DNA of 64,000 bases, taken from the IMG/VR virus record IMGVR_UViG_3300035682_000005; one strand, 5' to 3'. Positions 39,174-47,119 of the stretch are shown here, in pieces. How positions within the stretch are numbered: the first letter of the stretch is position 1; each line of letters starts with the position of its first letter. This DNA comes from a virus. The notes below the pieces were generated by a model. The model had not been told where the DNA came from and searched no databases. It was given only the letters and a program-made list of their open reading frames with translations. Position numbers and translations under genes: made by a program.

Positions 39174-39686
39174 ATGTCGTCATTGAGTATTGCTGAGATT
39201 GTTGGAAAGTTGAAGTCTGCAAAGACAAAGACTGAAAGAATCGAAATCTTAAAAAACAATGATTGTGCCGCACTTCGTGGCATTATCAGAATGAATTTTG
39301 ATGAGTCGCTTGTACTAGCACTACCTAATGGTAGACCACCGTTCAAGCAAGCAATTGTACCTGACGGTTTTGGAAAGACGACATTAAAATCATCTGCTAA
39401 AGGATGGTATGTTTTTATTGAATCATTATCACCAAATATCAAGCAGAGCAAACGCGAGCTGATGTTTATACAATTGTTAGAGAGTTTGGACAAAAGCGAA
39501 TCTGAAATACTTGTACAAGCTAAAGAACGAAACCTCGACCTTGGCTTGACTAAGAAAGCAATTAACGAGGTGTTTCCTGGGCTAATAAAGTCTGAAGGTA
39601 GTAAAGATGGCAGCAAAAAAGAGTCCTCCAAAGGCGTTACCAGCACCAGCACCAACACAGCCAGCACCCCTAAGGGCGCTAGTTAA
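39174..39686 (+). CDS. conserved T4-like hypothetical protein
   Basis: LP.G.PP, KRE.MFIQLLE.L; follows rnh. Confidence 0.7.
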   Translation: MSSLSIAEIVGKLKSAKTKTERIEILKNNDCAALRGIIRMNFDESLVLALPNGRPPFKQAIVPDGFGKTTLKSSAKGWYVFIESLSPNIKQSKRELMFIQLLESLDKSESEILVQAKERNLDLGLTKKAINEVFPGLIKSEGSKDGSKKESSKGVTSTSTNTASTPKGAS

Positions 39687-39885
39687 GGTGTATGAAGTCT
39701 TGCTGACTTTTGATACGAACAAGACAAACGAGCAGATCGACGAAGAAACAAATCAATTAATTGAAAAGATCAATGCGTTGTTAGCCACCCACATTAAAGA
39801 TTCTCTTCCACAAATCTTCAAAGATAAGCAGAAGAAGACTAAGATTGCTATTGTTCCAATAAAACCAGAAGATTTGGAAGACTAA
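39607..39885 (+). CDS. hypothetical protein
   Basis: ORF track. Confidence 0.5.
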   Translation: MAAKKSPPKALPAPAPTQPAPLRALVKVYEVLLTFDTNKTNEQIDEETNQLIEKINALLATHIKDSLPQIFKDKQKKTKIAIVPIKPEDLED

Positions 39886-39951
39886 TCACGACCAATTCAA
39901 TCAACAATACGCACCAAATTGTCTAAATAAAAGTTTAGGCAAAACGGTGTT

Positions 39952-40620
39952 ATGCTGAAACTCATTTCTATAATCTTCAAAATCACTCGCTATACGATCT
40001 CCGTGGCGTTTTATACACTTGCTACGTTGGTGCTTATAGGTCTTATACTTAATCCATCAGTTGCGCTCAACTCAGGGGCTTCTGTCACTGTGACGGCAAC
40101 TGACAGGGCAATGATACATGAGTTGTTTCCCAACTCTTCGTGGAATGATGTTGAGCCTTGCGGACTTCATTTTGATGAGCAAAAAGAATTCAGCACCGCA
40201 TTGCAGTGTGTAAACACAAACGTGTGGCCTGAATCACCAATTGTAAAAGAAGAATTTACACATATTCCACGGTGTTTTGTGGTAAAAGCAAAATCACCTG
40301 ACGTATACACTAGCCCAAAAGCTGGTTTTAATTTCTGGCCTATATTTGACGTTACGCCACAGGGTATTGCAGCAGGTGCTGTTGTGGGTGTTTATCAGCC
40401 GGAAACTCGCACAGTGTTCATTGTAGAGAACGTAGATGCACCTATGGTGTATCGACACGAGTTGCAACATTACTTCTTACACATTCATAACCCAGAAACA
40501 GGCGGCGGGGGTCACTTTCAAGAGATTTGGAAGAAGTGTGAAGCTCCGTATTATACACCGTCGGAGAAAGTAACAAAGAATTTACCAACTCCGACAGCTA
40601 CGGAAACTCCAAGTAACTAA
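39952..40620 (+). CDS. membrane-anchored zincin-like peptidase
   Basis: N-terminal TM, HELQH and downstream H; TAAATA at 39924. Confidence 0.6.
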   Translation: MLKLISIIFKITRYTISVAFYTLATLVLIGLILNPSVALNSGASVTVTATDRAMIHELFPNSSWNDVEPCGLHFDEQKEFSTALQCVNTNVWPESPIVKEEFTHIPRCFVVKAKSPDVYTSPKAGFNFWPIFDVTPQGIAAGAVVGVYQPETRTVFIVENVDAPMVYRHELQHYFLHIHNPETGGGGHFQEIWKKCEAPYYTPSEKVTKNLPTPTATETPSN

Positions 40621-40627
40621 TTGAACG

Positions 40628-40783
40628 TTACTTTGCTTTTGGTTTACGTGTAGACTTTTTAGTTGTCTTTTTGGATATTTCTGCTGGTGCAGCTGGAAGT
40701 GGTCCTGCCTTACATGCCTTTTTCAATCCAAGTTTGAAGAGAATGCGACAAACCAAACACGTAACTTTCTTTTTAATACTCAT
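40628..40783 (-). CDS. small basic protein (51 aa)
   Basis: MSIKKKVTCLVCRILFKLGLKKACK...KPKAK; minus-strand TAAATA at 40813-40818. Confidence 0.55.
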   Translation of the reverse strand: MSIKKKVTCLVCRILFKLGLKKACKAGPLPAAPAEISKKTTKKSTRKPKAK

Positions 40784-40895
40784 ATTGTACACCCTTAAAA
40801 ATAGTTGTTAATTATTTAGGGCCGACTTTTTCCTTTTGTTTCAATTTGGATATTTGTCGCTTTACATGAAAGCTGTTCTATAGTATGATAGTTGT

Positions 40896-41471
40896 ATGAA
40901 CATATTCTTTCTTGATGAAAATCCCCATCTTGCAGCCCAGTACCACTTAGACAAGCACGTAGTAAAAATGGTCTTAGAGTCTGCACAACTTCTATGCACT
41001 GCACACAGGCTTCTTGACGGCATCGAAACTAAACAATCCAAAACTACTCGCTCTGGTAAAATTCGCAATGTCAAACGTTATGTGCTTGCTAATCCACTTA
41101 ACAATGAACTTATGTACAGTGTGACACATATTAATCATCCGTGCACTATATGGTGTTGCGATAACATAAATAACTATATGTGGTTGTATGAACTATTCGT
41201 GGCGCTGTGTAATGAGTACACGTTTCGCTACGGCAAAAAACACAAGACCGATCTAATGTTGCGTGACATTCTCAAGTCGCCACCAATCAGCATTTCTCAT
41301 GCGCCATTCACTACACCCGCACAAGCAATGCCTGATCAATACAAGCATTCTAATCCTGTTATTGCATATCAGCAATATTACATGGGACCAAAAGCTGTGT
41401 TTGCAAAATGGACCAAACGTCCAGTCCCATCGTGGTTTACACCGGAGCAAGATTACCATGCCAATGTATGA
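40896..41471 (+). CDS. pyrimidine-dimer glycosylase / endonuclease V family protein
   Basis: MNIFFLD..DKHVVKMVLESAQLL, H.NHP, QAMP. Confidence 0.8.
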   Translation: MNIFFLDENPHLAAQYHLDKHVVKMVLESAQLLCTAHRLLDGIETKQSKTTRSGKIRNVKRYVLANPLNNELMYSVTHINHPCTIWCCDNINNYMWLYELFVALCNEYTFRYGKKHKTDLMLRDILKSPPISISHAPFTTPAQAMPDQYKHSNPVIAYQQYYMGPKAVFAKWTKRPVPSWFTPEQDYHANV

Positions 41472-41718
41472 TTACAAATGCTCAGAGTGTAAACACACTT
41501 TTGACAAGATACTAAAAATTGCAGATATAAACGCTCCTGAAAATGAGCCTTGCCCTCATTGTGGCAAAACAAATTGCATAAGTATATCAGTAGGAGCTCC
41601 GGCTTTGATGAGTCCTTTCAGAGTAGAAGGTTTAAAAAAACCTTCGGGACAATTCAGAGAAAGAGTTCAACAGATAAAGAAGGGATTGCCTAAAAAGACT
41701 ACACTCAAGGATTACTAA
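41458..41718 (+). CDS. FmdB-family zinc-ribbon protein
   Basis: MPMYDYKCSEC..CPHC. Confidence 0.8.
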   Translation: MPMYDYKCSECKHTFDKILKIADINAPENEPCPHCGKTNCISISVGAPALMSPFRVEGLKKPSGQFRERVQQIKKGLPKKTTLKDY

Positions 41719-41720
41719 AA

Positions 41721-42518
41721 ATGGGTAAAAGGTCGCGCAAGTTTCACAAGCCGAATCCGCAGCATCAGCAGCATCAGCAGCAGGAAGAGCAAGATCAATT
41801 TGGTGTTGAAGAAATTCAAGATGAGTATCGTCGTCAAAAGAAAATATTGAAACACAACTTCAACCTTCAAACTATTCAACCTCTTACCGACAACCAAGAT
41901 TCTGCATTTCATGCAAATGGCAATGGTAATAACCTATTGTTATATGGTGTTGCTGGTACAGGAAAAACATTTCTTGCAACATATTTTGCAATCAACGATT
42001 TATTGCAAGGTCATGCAAGACGCATCATTATTGTGCGTAGTGCTGTAACAACTCGTGACCAAGGATTCTTGCCTGGAACACTCCAAGAGAAGATGGCATT
42101 ATATGAAGCTCCATACAGAGAGATTTTTGCAGAGCTGTGTGGTGGTCGCCGTGATGTGTATGACCTTCTTAAGAAGCGTGAGTATGTTGAGTTTATGTCA
42201 ACATCATTTATTCGTGGTATCACGTTTGATGATGCAATCATAATTGTCGATGAAGTACAGAACTGTACCATGCATGAAATTGATTCTATTCTTACTCGTG
42301 TTGGTAAAAACACTCGCGTAATTCTGTGTGGAGACCATAGACAAGATGACTTAAAGATGGCAGGTAAAAAGCATCAAGAATCTGGTATTAGAAATCTTGT
42401 GCAGATTGCTCGCGCCATGCCCGTCTTTTCTACAATTGAATTTAATGTACAAGATATTGTGCGTTCAGGATTTGTTCGTGAATACATCATCACAAAGATA
42501 AATTTGGGCTTTGATTAG
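41721..42518 (+). CDS. phoH: PhoH-family ATPase
   Basis: GVAGTGKT, GFLPG, RGITF, DEVQN, GD..Q.D, DIVRSG. Confidence 0.93.
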   Translation: MGKRSRKFHKPNPQHQQHQQQEEQDQFGVEEIQDEYRRQKKILKHNFNLQTIQPLTDNQDSAFHANGNGNNLLLYGVAGTGKTFLATYFAINDLLQGHARRIIIVRSAVTTRDQGFLPGTLQEKMALYEAPYREIFAELCGGRRDVYDLLKKREYVEFMSTSFIRGITFDDAIIIVDEVQNCTMHEIDSILTRVGKNTRVILCGDHRQDDLKMAGKKHQESGIRNLVQIARAMPVFSTIEFNVQDIVRSGFVREYIITKINLGFD

Positions 42519-42579
42519 TTTGCACAAAAACTTGCTTTCATAGCACACATTGATGTACAGTATCAGTACAATATTCTTT

Positions 42580-43053
42580 ATGGAGCCATGCGATATGAGT
42601 AAAAGAGAAAAGAAAGCCGACGGCGTTAAACACGACCAACAAAAGATTCGTTGGGACCTTGTTCCATATGATGCTGTAAATGAGATTGCCAAAGTTCTGA
42701 CATTTGGTGCAGCCAAATACGAAGCACGAAATTGGGAAAAAGGTATGGATTGGTCACGAGCGTTTGGTGCCCTACAAAGGCATTTGACACGTTGGTTTCA
42801 TGGTCAAGATAAAGATAAAGAAACCAGACTGACACACCTTGCAAATGCTGGATGTTGTTTGTTTTTTCTTTTGTCATGGGAACTTCGCCAAGTTGGGAAT
42901 GATGATCGACCAAAACTTGATCCTAAAATTCTTGACCACATGGACAACACAGAGTTTATGCAGAATGTGTTTGATCTTCTCAAGCAAACTGCACAGCAGC
43001 AAACAGAAGAGACTGAAGAAGAACAAGATGTTGAGCGACTTCGTCCAAACTAA
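42580..43053 (+). CDS. dATP/dGTP diphosphohydrolase-like (DUF5664) protein
   Basis: GVKHD..K.RWDL, FGAAKY..NW.KG, RH, HLA. Confidence 0.8.
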   Translation: MEPCDMSKREKKADGVKHDQQKIRWDLVPYDAVNEIAKVLTFGAAKYEARNWEKGMDWSRAFGALQRHLTRWFHGQDKDKETRLTHLANAGCCLFFLLSWELRQVGNDDRPKLDPKILDHMDNTEFMQNVFDLLKQTAQQQTEETEEEQDVERLRPN

Positions 43054-43080
43054 ATAGTAGCAGTTCATTTAGGGCTGCCT

Positions 43081-43392
43081 ATGTTTGATGTCAAATTGTT
43101 TCTTAAAGCACTAAAATCTCTTTCAGAGAGTAGAAATACGCAGTATCGTATTGGCGGTCCAGTTCAATTTAAAAATGCTAACTTTGACTCCAATTGCCAA
43201 CAGTTTGCCAACACAATTGACACAGCATCTAAAAAAAGTACCGCATTTCAGGCACAATTACTAAAGTCTATTGCACGACACGTGCGGGCTAAAAATTTAC
43301 ATCTGGCTCAAAAAGCTATTGATGGTCTTGATCGTGGAACCAAAGAGCTTATTCCAAGCACCATTTTGAATTTTATTTCCAGATATTCATAA
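43081..43392 (+). CDS. hypothetical late protein
   Basis: TAAATA at 43051. Confidence 0.55.
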   Translation: MFDVKLFLKALKSLSESRNTQYRIGGPVQFKNANFDSNCQQFANTIDTASKKSTAFQAQLLKSIARHVRAKNLHLAQKAIDGLDRGTKELIPSTILNFISRYS

Positions 43393-43436
43393 AAAAATTG
43401 AATTTGGATATTCTACATAGTATATTGACAGTATAG

Positions 43437-43836
43437 GGGCCTGCGTAGTTTCGACGAGATATAGGAACTATATTCCCTCAACACGATGATGATCCTTGGC
43501 ATCGTAATAAATGGATCACCGTTTAAGTGCAAACTTTGACGCAAATGCTTATAGCCTAGCCGCATAAGCCATGGTTTGAATCTTGTAGTTCGCTAACGTT
43601 CAAACTGTGTAGATGAAGCGAACCGGTGCTCACAGATGACCATCCGTTATGTGAGGTTAAAACTTAATCTTGGGTGGGAATGCTGATTGATCAGCCCCTT
43701 GTGACTGAACGTTGTCTGAACACAATGTCAACGGGGTTAAGAGCCTGGAAAGCTAGAAGAGTTCAGTCTATTGTTGTAAACGGATATGAGAGAAAATATC
43801 TTGAACGCCGGGTGCAACTCCCGGCCAGGTCCACCA
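43437..43836 (+). ncRNA. ssrA: tmRNA
   Basis: GGGCCTG pairs with CAGGTCC-ACCA (G3:U70 Ala identity), TTCGAC, T-arm CCGGG-TGCAACT-CCCGG, tag ORF 43529-43567 ANFDANAYSLAA*. Confidence 0.95.
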
Positions 43837-43926
43837 TTTTGGAGATTTATGTGAACATTACAATATTTTTTCTTGTTGTCATTTTGTTGTTGTCTGTAGT
43901 GTTTCGCAATGATGGTGAACTATAAT

Positions 43927-44238
43927 ATGTGCAAGCGTGTTTTATTTTGGGCGGTTTGTTTGTGTGTTGCACAAATTCTTGATGGTGTTCTCACATATTT
44001 GGGAATGACAAGGTTTGGGGTTAATGCTGAAGGTAACGTTCTACTTCATACGCTAATGAATTACATGGGTGTTGCTCAGGCACTTCTGACTGTAAAATTG
44101 CTTTCCATATATGTGGTTGTGTTTTTGTGTTGTCGTGACATTAGTGAAAGATGGTTGCGTGTTGCATTTAAGAGCATTACCATTTTCTATTTTATCTTTG
44201 CAATCTGCCCATGGACTCTTATGCTTATAATAGGATAA
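43927..44238 (+). CDS. DUF5658-like membrane protein
   Basis: LDGVLTYLG..EGN.L; three TM segments. Confidence 0.65.
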   Translation: MCKRVLFWAVCLCVAQILDGVLTYLGMTRFGVNAEGNVLLHTLMNYMGVAQALLTVKLLSIYVVVFLCCRDISERWLRVAFKSITIFYFIFAICPWTLMLIIG

Positions 44239-44247
44239 ATACTGTTT

Positions 44248-44344
44248 GAACTGATTGCTAGGGAGTGTTTTTGCCGTTTCCTGCTACGAATTTGACTCTG
44301 AAGTAGAACGGTGCCAAGAGTCAAAAGCAATCAGTTCTTTTTTT
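44248..44344 (+). ncRNA. putative structured small RNA
   Basis: 12-bp closing stem, 9-bp inner stem, TAAATA 6 nt upstream, T run downstream. Confidence 0.55.
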
Positions 44345-44356
44345 ATTTAATGTGTT

Positions 44357-44572
44357 ATGAAATCTGTGCTGTACACCATTATTACAGTTTTATCAATTCT
44401 TACTCTTGCCGCCTTGCTTGGTAAATATCCAAAAGCTCGGCACAACCCAACAACCTGTGTTTCTATGTGTGGCGACGGCACATGTCAGACCATAGTTTGT
44501 TTATCTGTTGGATGCCTGTGTGCAGAAACGCCCACAACGTGTCCTCATGATTGTTTATCTAAAATTAGATAA
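44357..44572 (+). CDS. small Cys-rich membrane-anchored protein
   Basis: TM then CGDGTC..C..C.CAE..CPHDC. Confidence 0.6.
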   Translation: MKSVLYTIITVLSILTLAALLGKYPKARHNPTTCVSMCGDGTCQTIVCLSVGCLCAETPTTCPHDCLSKIR

Positions 44573-44574
44573 GT

Positions 44575-45438
44575 ATGAAAACGTTTAGTAGTTTCTTAAC
44601 AGAGTCTATACTTGATCAAGAACGTCCAATACATGACGTTTCGATCTTTGATGCTGGTGAGCCACTACAACTCAAACCAAACGTTCGCGCACAAATCCTT
44701 GCTGGCATCTCAAAACTCACTCGACACATGGACGTCAAAGACTACATGCTCATCGGCAGCATTCTTACTCGTCGCTATGCTGAAGATTCAGATGTTGATA
44801 TCAATGTTCTCATTAGTGCAAAAGATGAAGACATGACAGAACTTGTTAAGATTGCGACTGAATACAGTGGCAAGTTTGTTGAGACGACAAAACATCCTAT
44901 CAACTTTCACGTGTTAAATGATGAGAGTGATTTCAAAAACGCAAACGACTCAGCCGATGGTGTATTCGACATCAGCAACAACAAGTTCATACGCGAGCCT
45001 GTAGAGAAACCATTCTACATTGAGAAGTATATGGACAAGTTCAAAACACTTGTTACACAACTTGATATTCTCAAGAATGACCTTTCCGACGATCTCATGG
45101 ACTATAGCGAGCTAAAGTTACTATCTCGCGATTCTGCAAAACAACTTCAAACACAAATTGAAAATGAACTAAAGCAGATTGAACAAAACGCAACTGGACT
45201 AATTGACTTATATGATCGTGTTCGTAAAGATCGTGCAGATGCATTCGCTCGACCACTCAGTGCAAGCGCCATCAGAGAGTATAGTGCAAAAAATCGACTC
45301 CCCGCAAACGTCATTTACAAACTCCTTGAACGTCACCACTATTTAAACTTCTTGCATAAAGTCAAAGACATAGTTGGAGACGATGAAAAAGTCTCTCCAG
45401 ATGAGGCTGACGAGTTGACCAAGCTCGTAAGTCACTAA
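44575..45438 (+). CDS. Pol-beta-family nucleotidyltransferase with capsid-targeting N-terminus
   Basis: MKTFSSFLTE; LIGS..SDVD..HPINF. Confidence 0.75.
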   Translation: MKTFSSFLTESILDQERPIHDVSIFDAGEPLQLKPNVRAQILAGISKLTRHMDVKDYMLIGSILTRRYAEDSDVDINVLISAKDEDMTELVKIATEYSGKFVETTKHPINFHVLNDESDFKNANDSADGVFDISNNKFIREPVEKPFYIEKYMDKFKTLVTQLDILKNDLSDDLMDYSELKLLSRDSAKQLQTQIENELKQIEQNATGLIDLYDRVRKDRADAFARPLSASAIREYSAKNRLPANVIYKLLERHHYLNFLHKVKDIVGDDEKVSPDEADELTKLVSH

Positions 45439-45497
45439 AAACACATAGCAAAAATAGTTGTTGACTGTGTACATCACTGTGTGATATTGTTATTATT

Positions 45498-45854
45498 ATG
45501 AAGACTGTGATGTGTTCCATTCTTGTTTCTTTGGTTTGTTGTGTTAGTGCTAGTCATGCACAATACTATGAAGATCCTGGATTTGATTCCAATGATCCTT
45601 ACTACGATAACAGACGAGATCCTTATCAAGATAGAGAAGTGCGAGAAGAAGCGCGACGATCTCGTGTAGTAGAACAACGGGCTCATCGACGACACATTGC
45701 AGAGAGCGAAGAGCGCGATGATGCGTTTACAGAAGTCTATCGCGCTAACGTGCGCCGACAAGAGCAACAAAACAATATAGACACTGTTGAGCAGATAAAC
45801 GAAGCTGTACAGGGAATTGCAGCAACAGCAAACTTTATCAGTAACTTATTCTAG
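45498..45854 (+). CDS. exported hypothetical protein
   Basis: signal peptide ending ASHA; sigma70-like promoter 45461-45490. Confidence 0.6.
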   Translation: MKTVMCSILVSLVCCVSASHAQYYEDPGFDSNDPYYDNRRDPYQDREVREEARRSRVVEQRAHRRHIAESEERDDAFTEVYRANVRRQEQQNNIDTVEQINEAVQGIAATANFISNLF

Positions 45855-45909
45855 GTAAAAACTTTTAGGAAAAATGTCGTTCAGACATATTGGATTGTAT
45901 ATATAGTAT

Positions 45910-46072
45910 CACTCAAAGTAGCAGCCCCATTTCGACCAACGTGACGCTGGTAGCGCATAAAACTGCGTCTATAATTGGAAGACTTGGGATTCTGGCTTTG
46001 GGGTGTATTTTTGCTCTAGTGAGAGCAACACTGCCGACCCGCAGTAAAAGGGGAAATTGAGCTATGGCGCTT
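45910..46072 (+). ncRNA. putative structured RNA upstream of hammerhead
   Basis: GC-richer gap with no ORF in the track; stems GACGC/GCGTC, TTGCTCT/AGAGCAA, ACTGC/GCAGT. Confidence 0.5.
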
Positions 46073-46145
46073 CTGCACCTGACGAGCCCTGAAGGGCGAA
46101 ACAGAGCGTAGGCACGGCAACTATCGTGTCTCGCCTGTAGTGCAG
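46073..46145 (+). ncRNA. type I hammerhead ribozyme
   Basis: stem I CTGCAC/GTGCAG, core CTGACGA, stem II GCCC-TGAA-GGGC, GAAA, extended stem III, GTA cleavage triplet (cut after 46139). Confidence 0.9.
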
Positions 46146-46149
46146 TAAA

Positions 46150-46887
46150 TCAAATTGTGACGATCACAGCATTCGCTGGTGTCTTATCTTGAACAACTAT
46201 TCTTCCAGCACTATCGCCTCTTGATGGTGACTTGCCATATATTTTTGGTGTGCCGGAACCATCCTTTGATGCTGGATCAAACCTTTGATCTTCTCTTCGT
46301 GCTCTAAGGCGAAAATACAAGTGATGTGTCTTTGCGTAATTCTTTGCTTCATGTAGTGTGCCATTCACAACTAAAAGATTTTTCTTGTCATCATATGCAC
46401 CTGTCACGTTCATTGGACCTATGTACATGTAATGAATTGGTCCACCCATAGCAGCATTACCCACCACAATTTTCAGTTTATCGGCATCAGGTATTTTACC
46501 ATACACATCTGGCACTTTATCACCAACACGAAGTTTCAGTTTTTTGGTCAGATGATTGTATACTTTTGTTAGAAACTTTTTTGCAATGCCTGGCACGGCC
46601 AATTCAAGACCTTTTAATCCACCTCCAGCCAATGATGGTGCCGACTCGCCTTTAAGTGACAGGTTTACTTTCTCGATCTTTTTACCTTTCTTGACATGTA
46701 GAACAACATCTGTGTATGGTTCAGATCCGCCAGCTTGTCGTCCCGAAAACTTTTCGGCTTTGATAACACCTGCAATTTTAATGTCTCCCGCAACAAGGGT
46801 GACAGGGTTGTTTTTATTCTTTTTTATAGCGTCTGCTATTTTTTTGATGAGCCCTTTTTCCTGTCGCTCCGCCGAATTTCCAGCCAT
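46150..46887 (-). CDS. PD-(D/E)XK restriction-fold-like protein
   Basis: E..E, YTDV..LSLK; minus-strand TAAATA at 46920-46925. Confidence 0.55.
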   Translation of the reverse strand: MAGNSAERQEKGLIKKIADAIKKNKNNPVTLVAGDIKIAGVIKAEKFSGRQAGGSEPYTDVVLHVKKGKKIEKVNLSLKGESAPSLAGGGLKGLELAVPGIAKKFLTKVYNHLTKKLKLRVGDKVPDVYGKIPDADKLKIVVGNAAMGGPIHYMYIGPMNVTGAYDDKKNLLVVNGTLHEAKNYAKTHHLYFRLRARREDQRFDPASKDGSGTPKIYGKSPSRGDSAGRIVVQDKTPANAVIVTI

Positions 46888-47119
46888 ACACTATACCTAA
46901 ACCAAAATTTGTGTAGTGTTATTTATGCTGGAAGTTTTGTATCCAAATTGGTCAACAATATCTGTGACACTTGAATCGTGGAATATTAAACATCACTTTT
47001 TAAGTTTCAAAAAATAAGCCAAAAAAGACTGTGTTGACACATTAGTTCTCGACATCAGTACCATCTTGTTGTATTATAGAGGCAGTCGCATAAATTCTGG
47101 ATGTCTTTTCTTTTTGTAT

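Noticed and set aside
41760-41783. CAG/CAT microsatellite in phoH
   Set aside because: In-frame Gln/His linker; no phase-variation potential
43674-43925. 83-aa ORF
   Set aside because: Overlaps the tmRNA; at most a 24-aa hydrophobic peptide from GTG 43851 is plausible
44270-44330. HDV-like/theta ribozyme (CGT-TTCCTGCT-ACG resembles P3/L3)
   Set aside because: No convincing P1 or P1.1 GG, and stronger competing stems
46026-46056. Twister ribozyme (AACACTGCC resemblance)
   Set aside because: Remaining twister stems and pseudoknots could not be built
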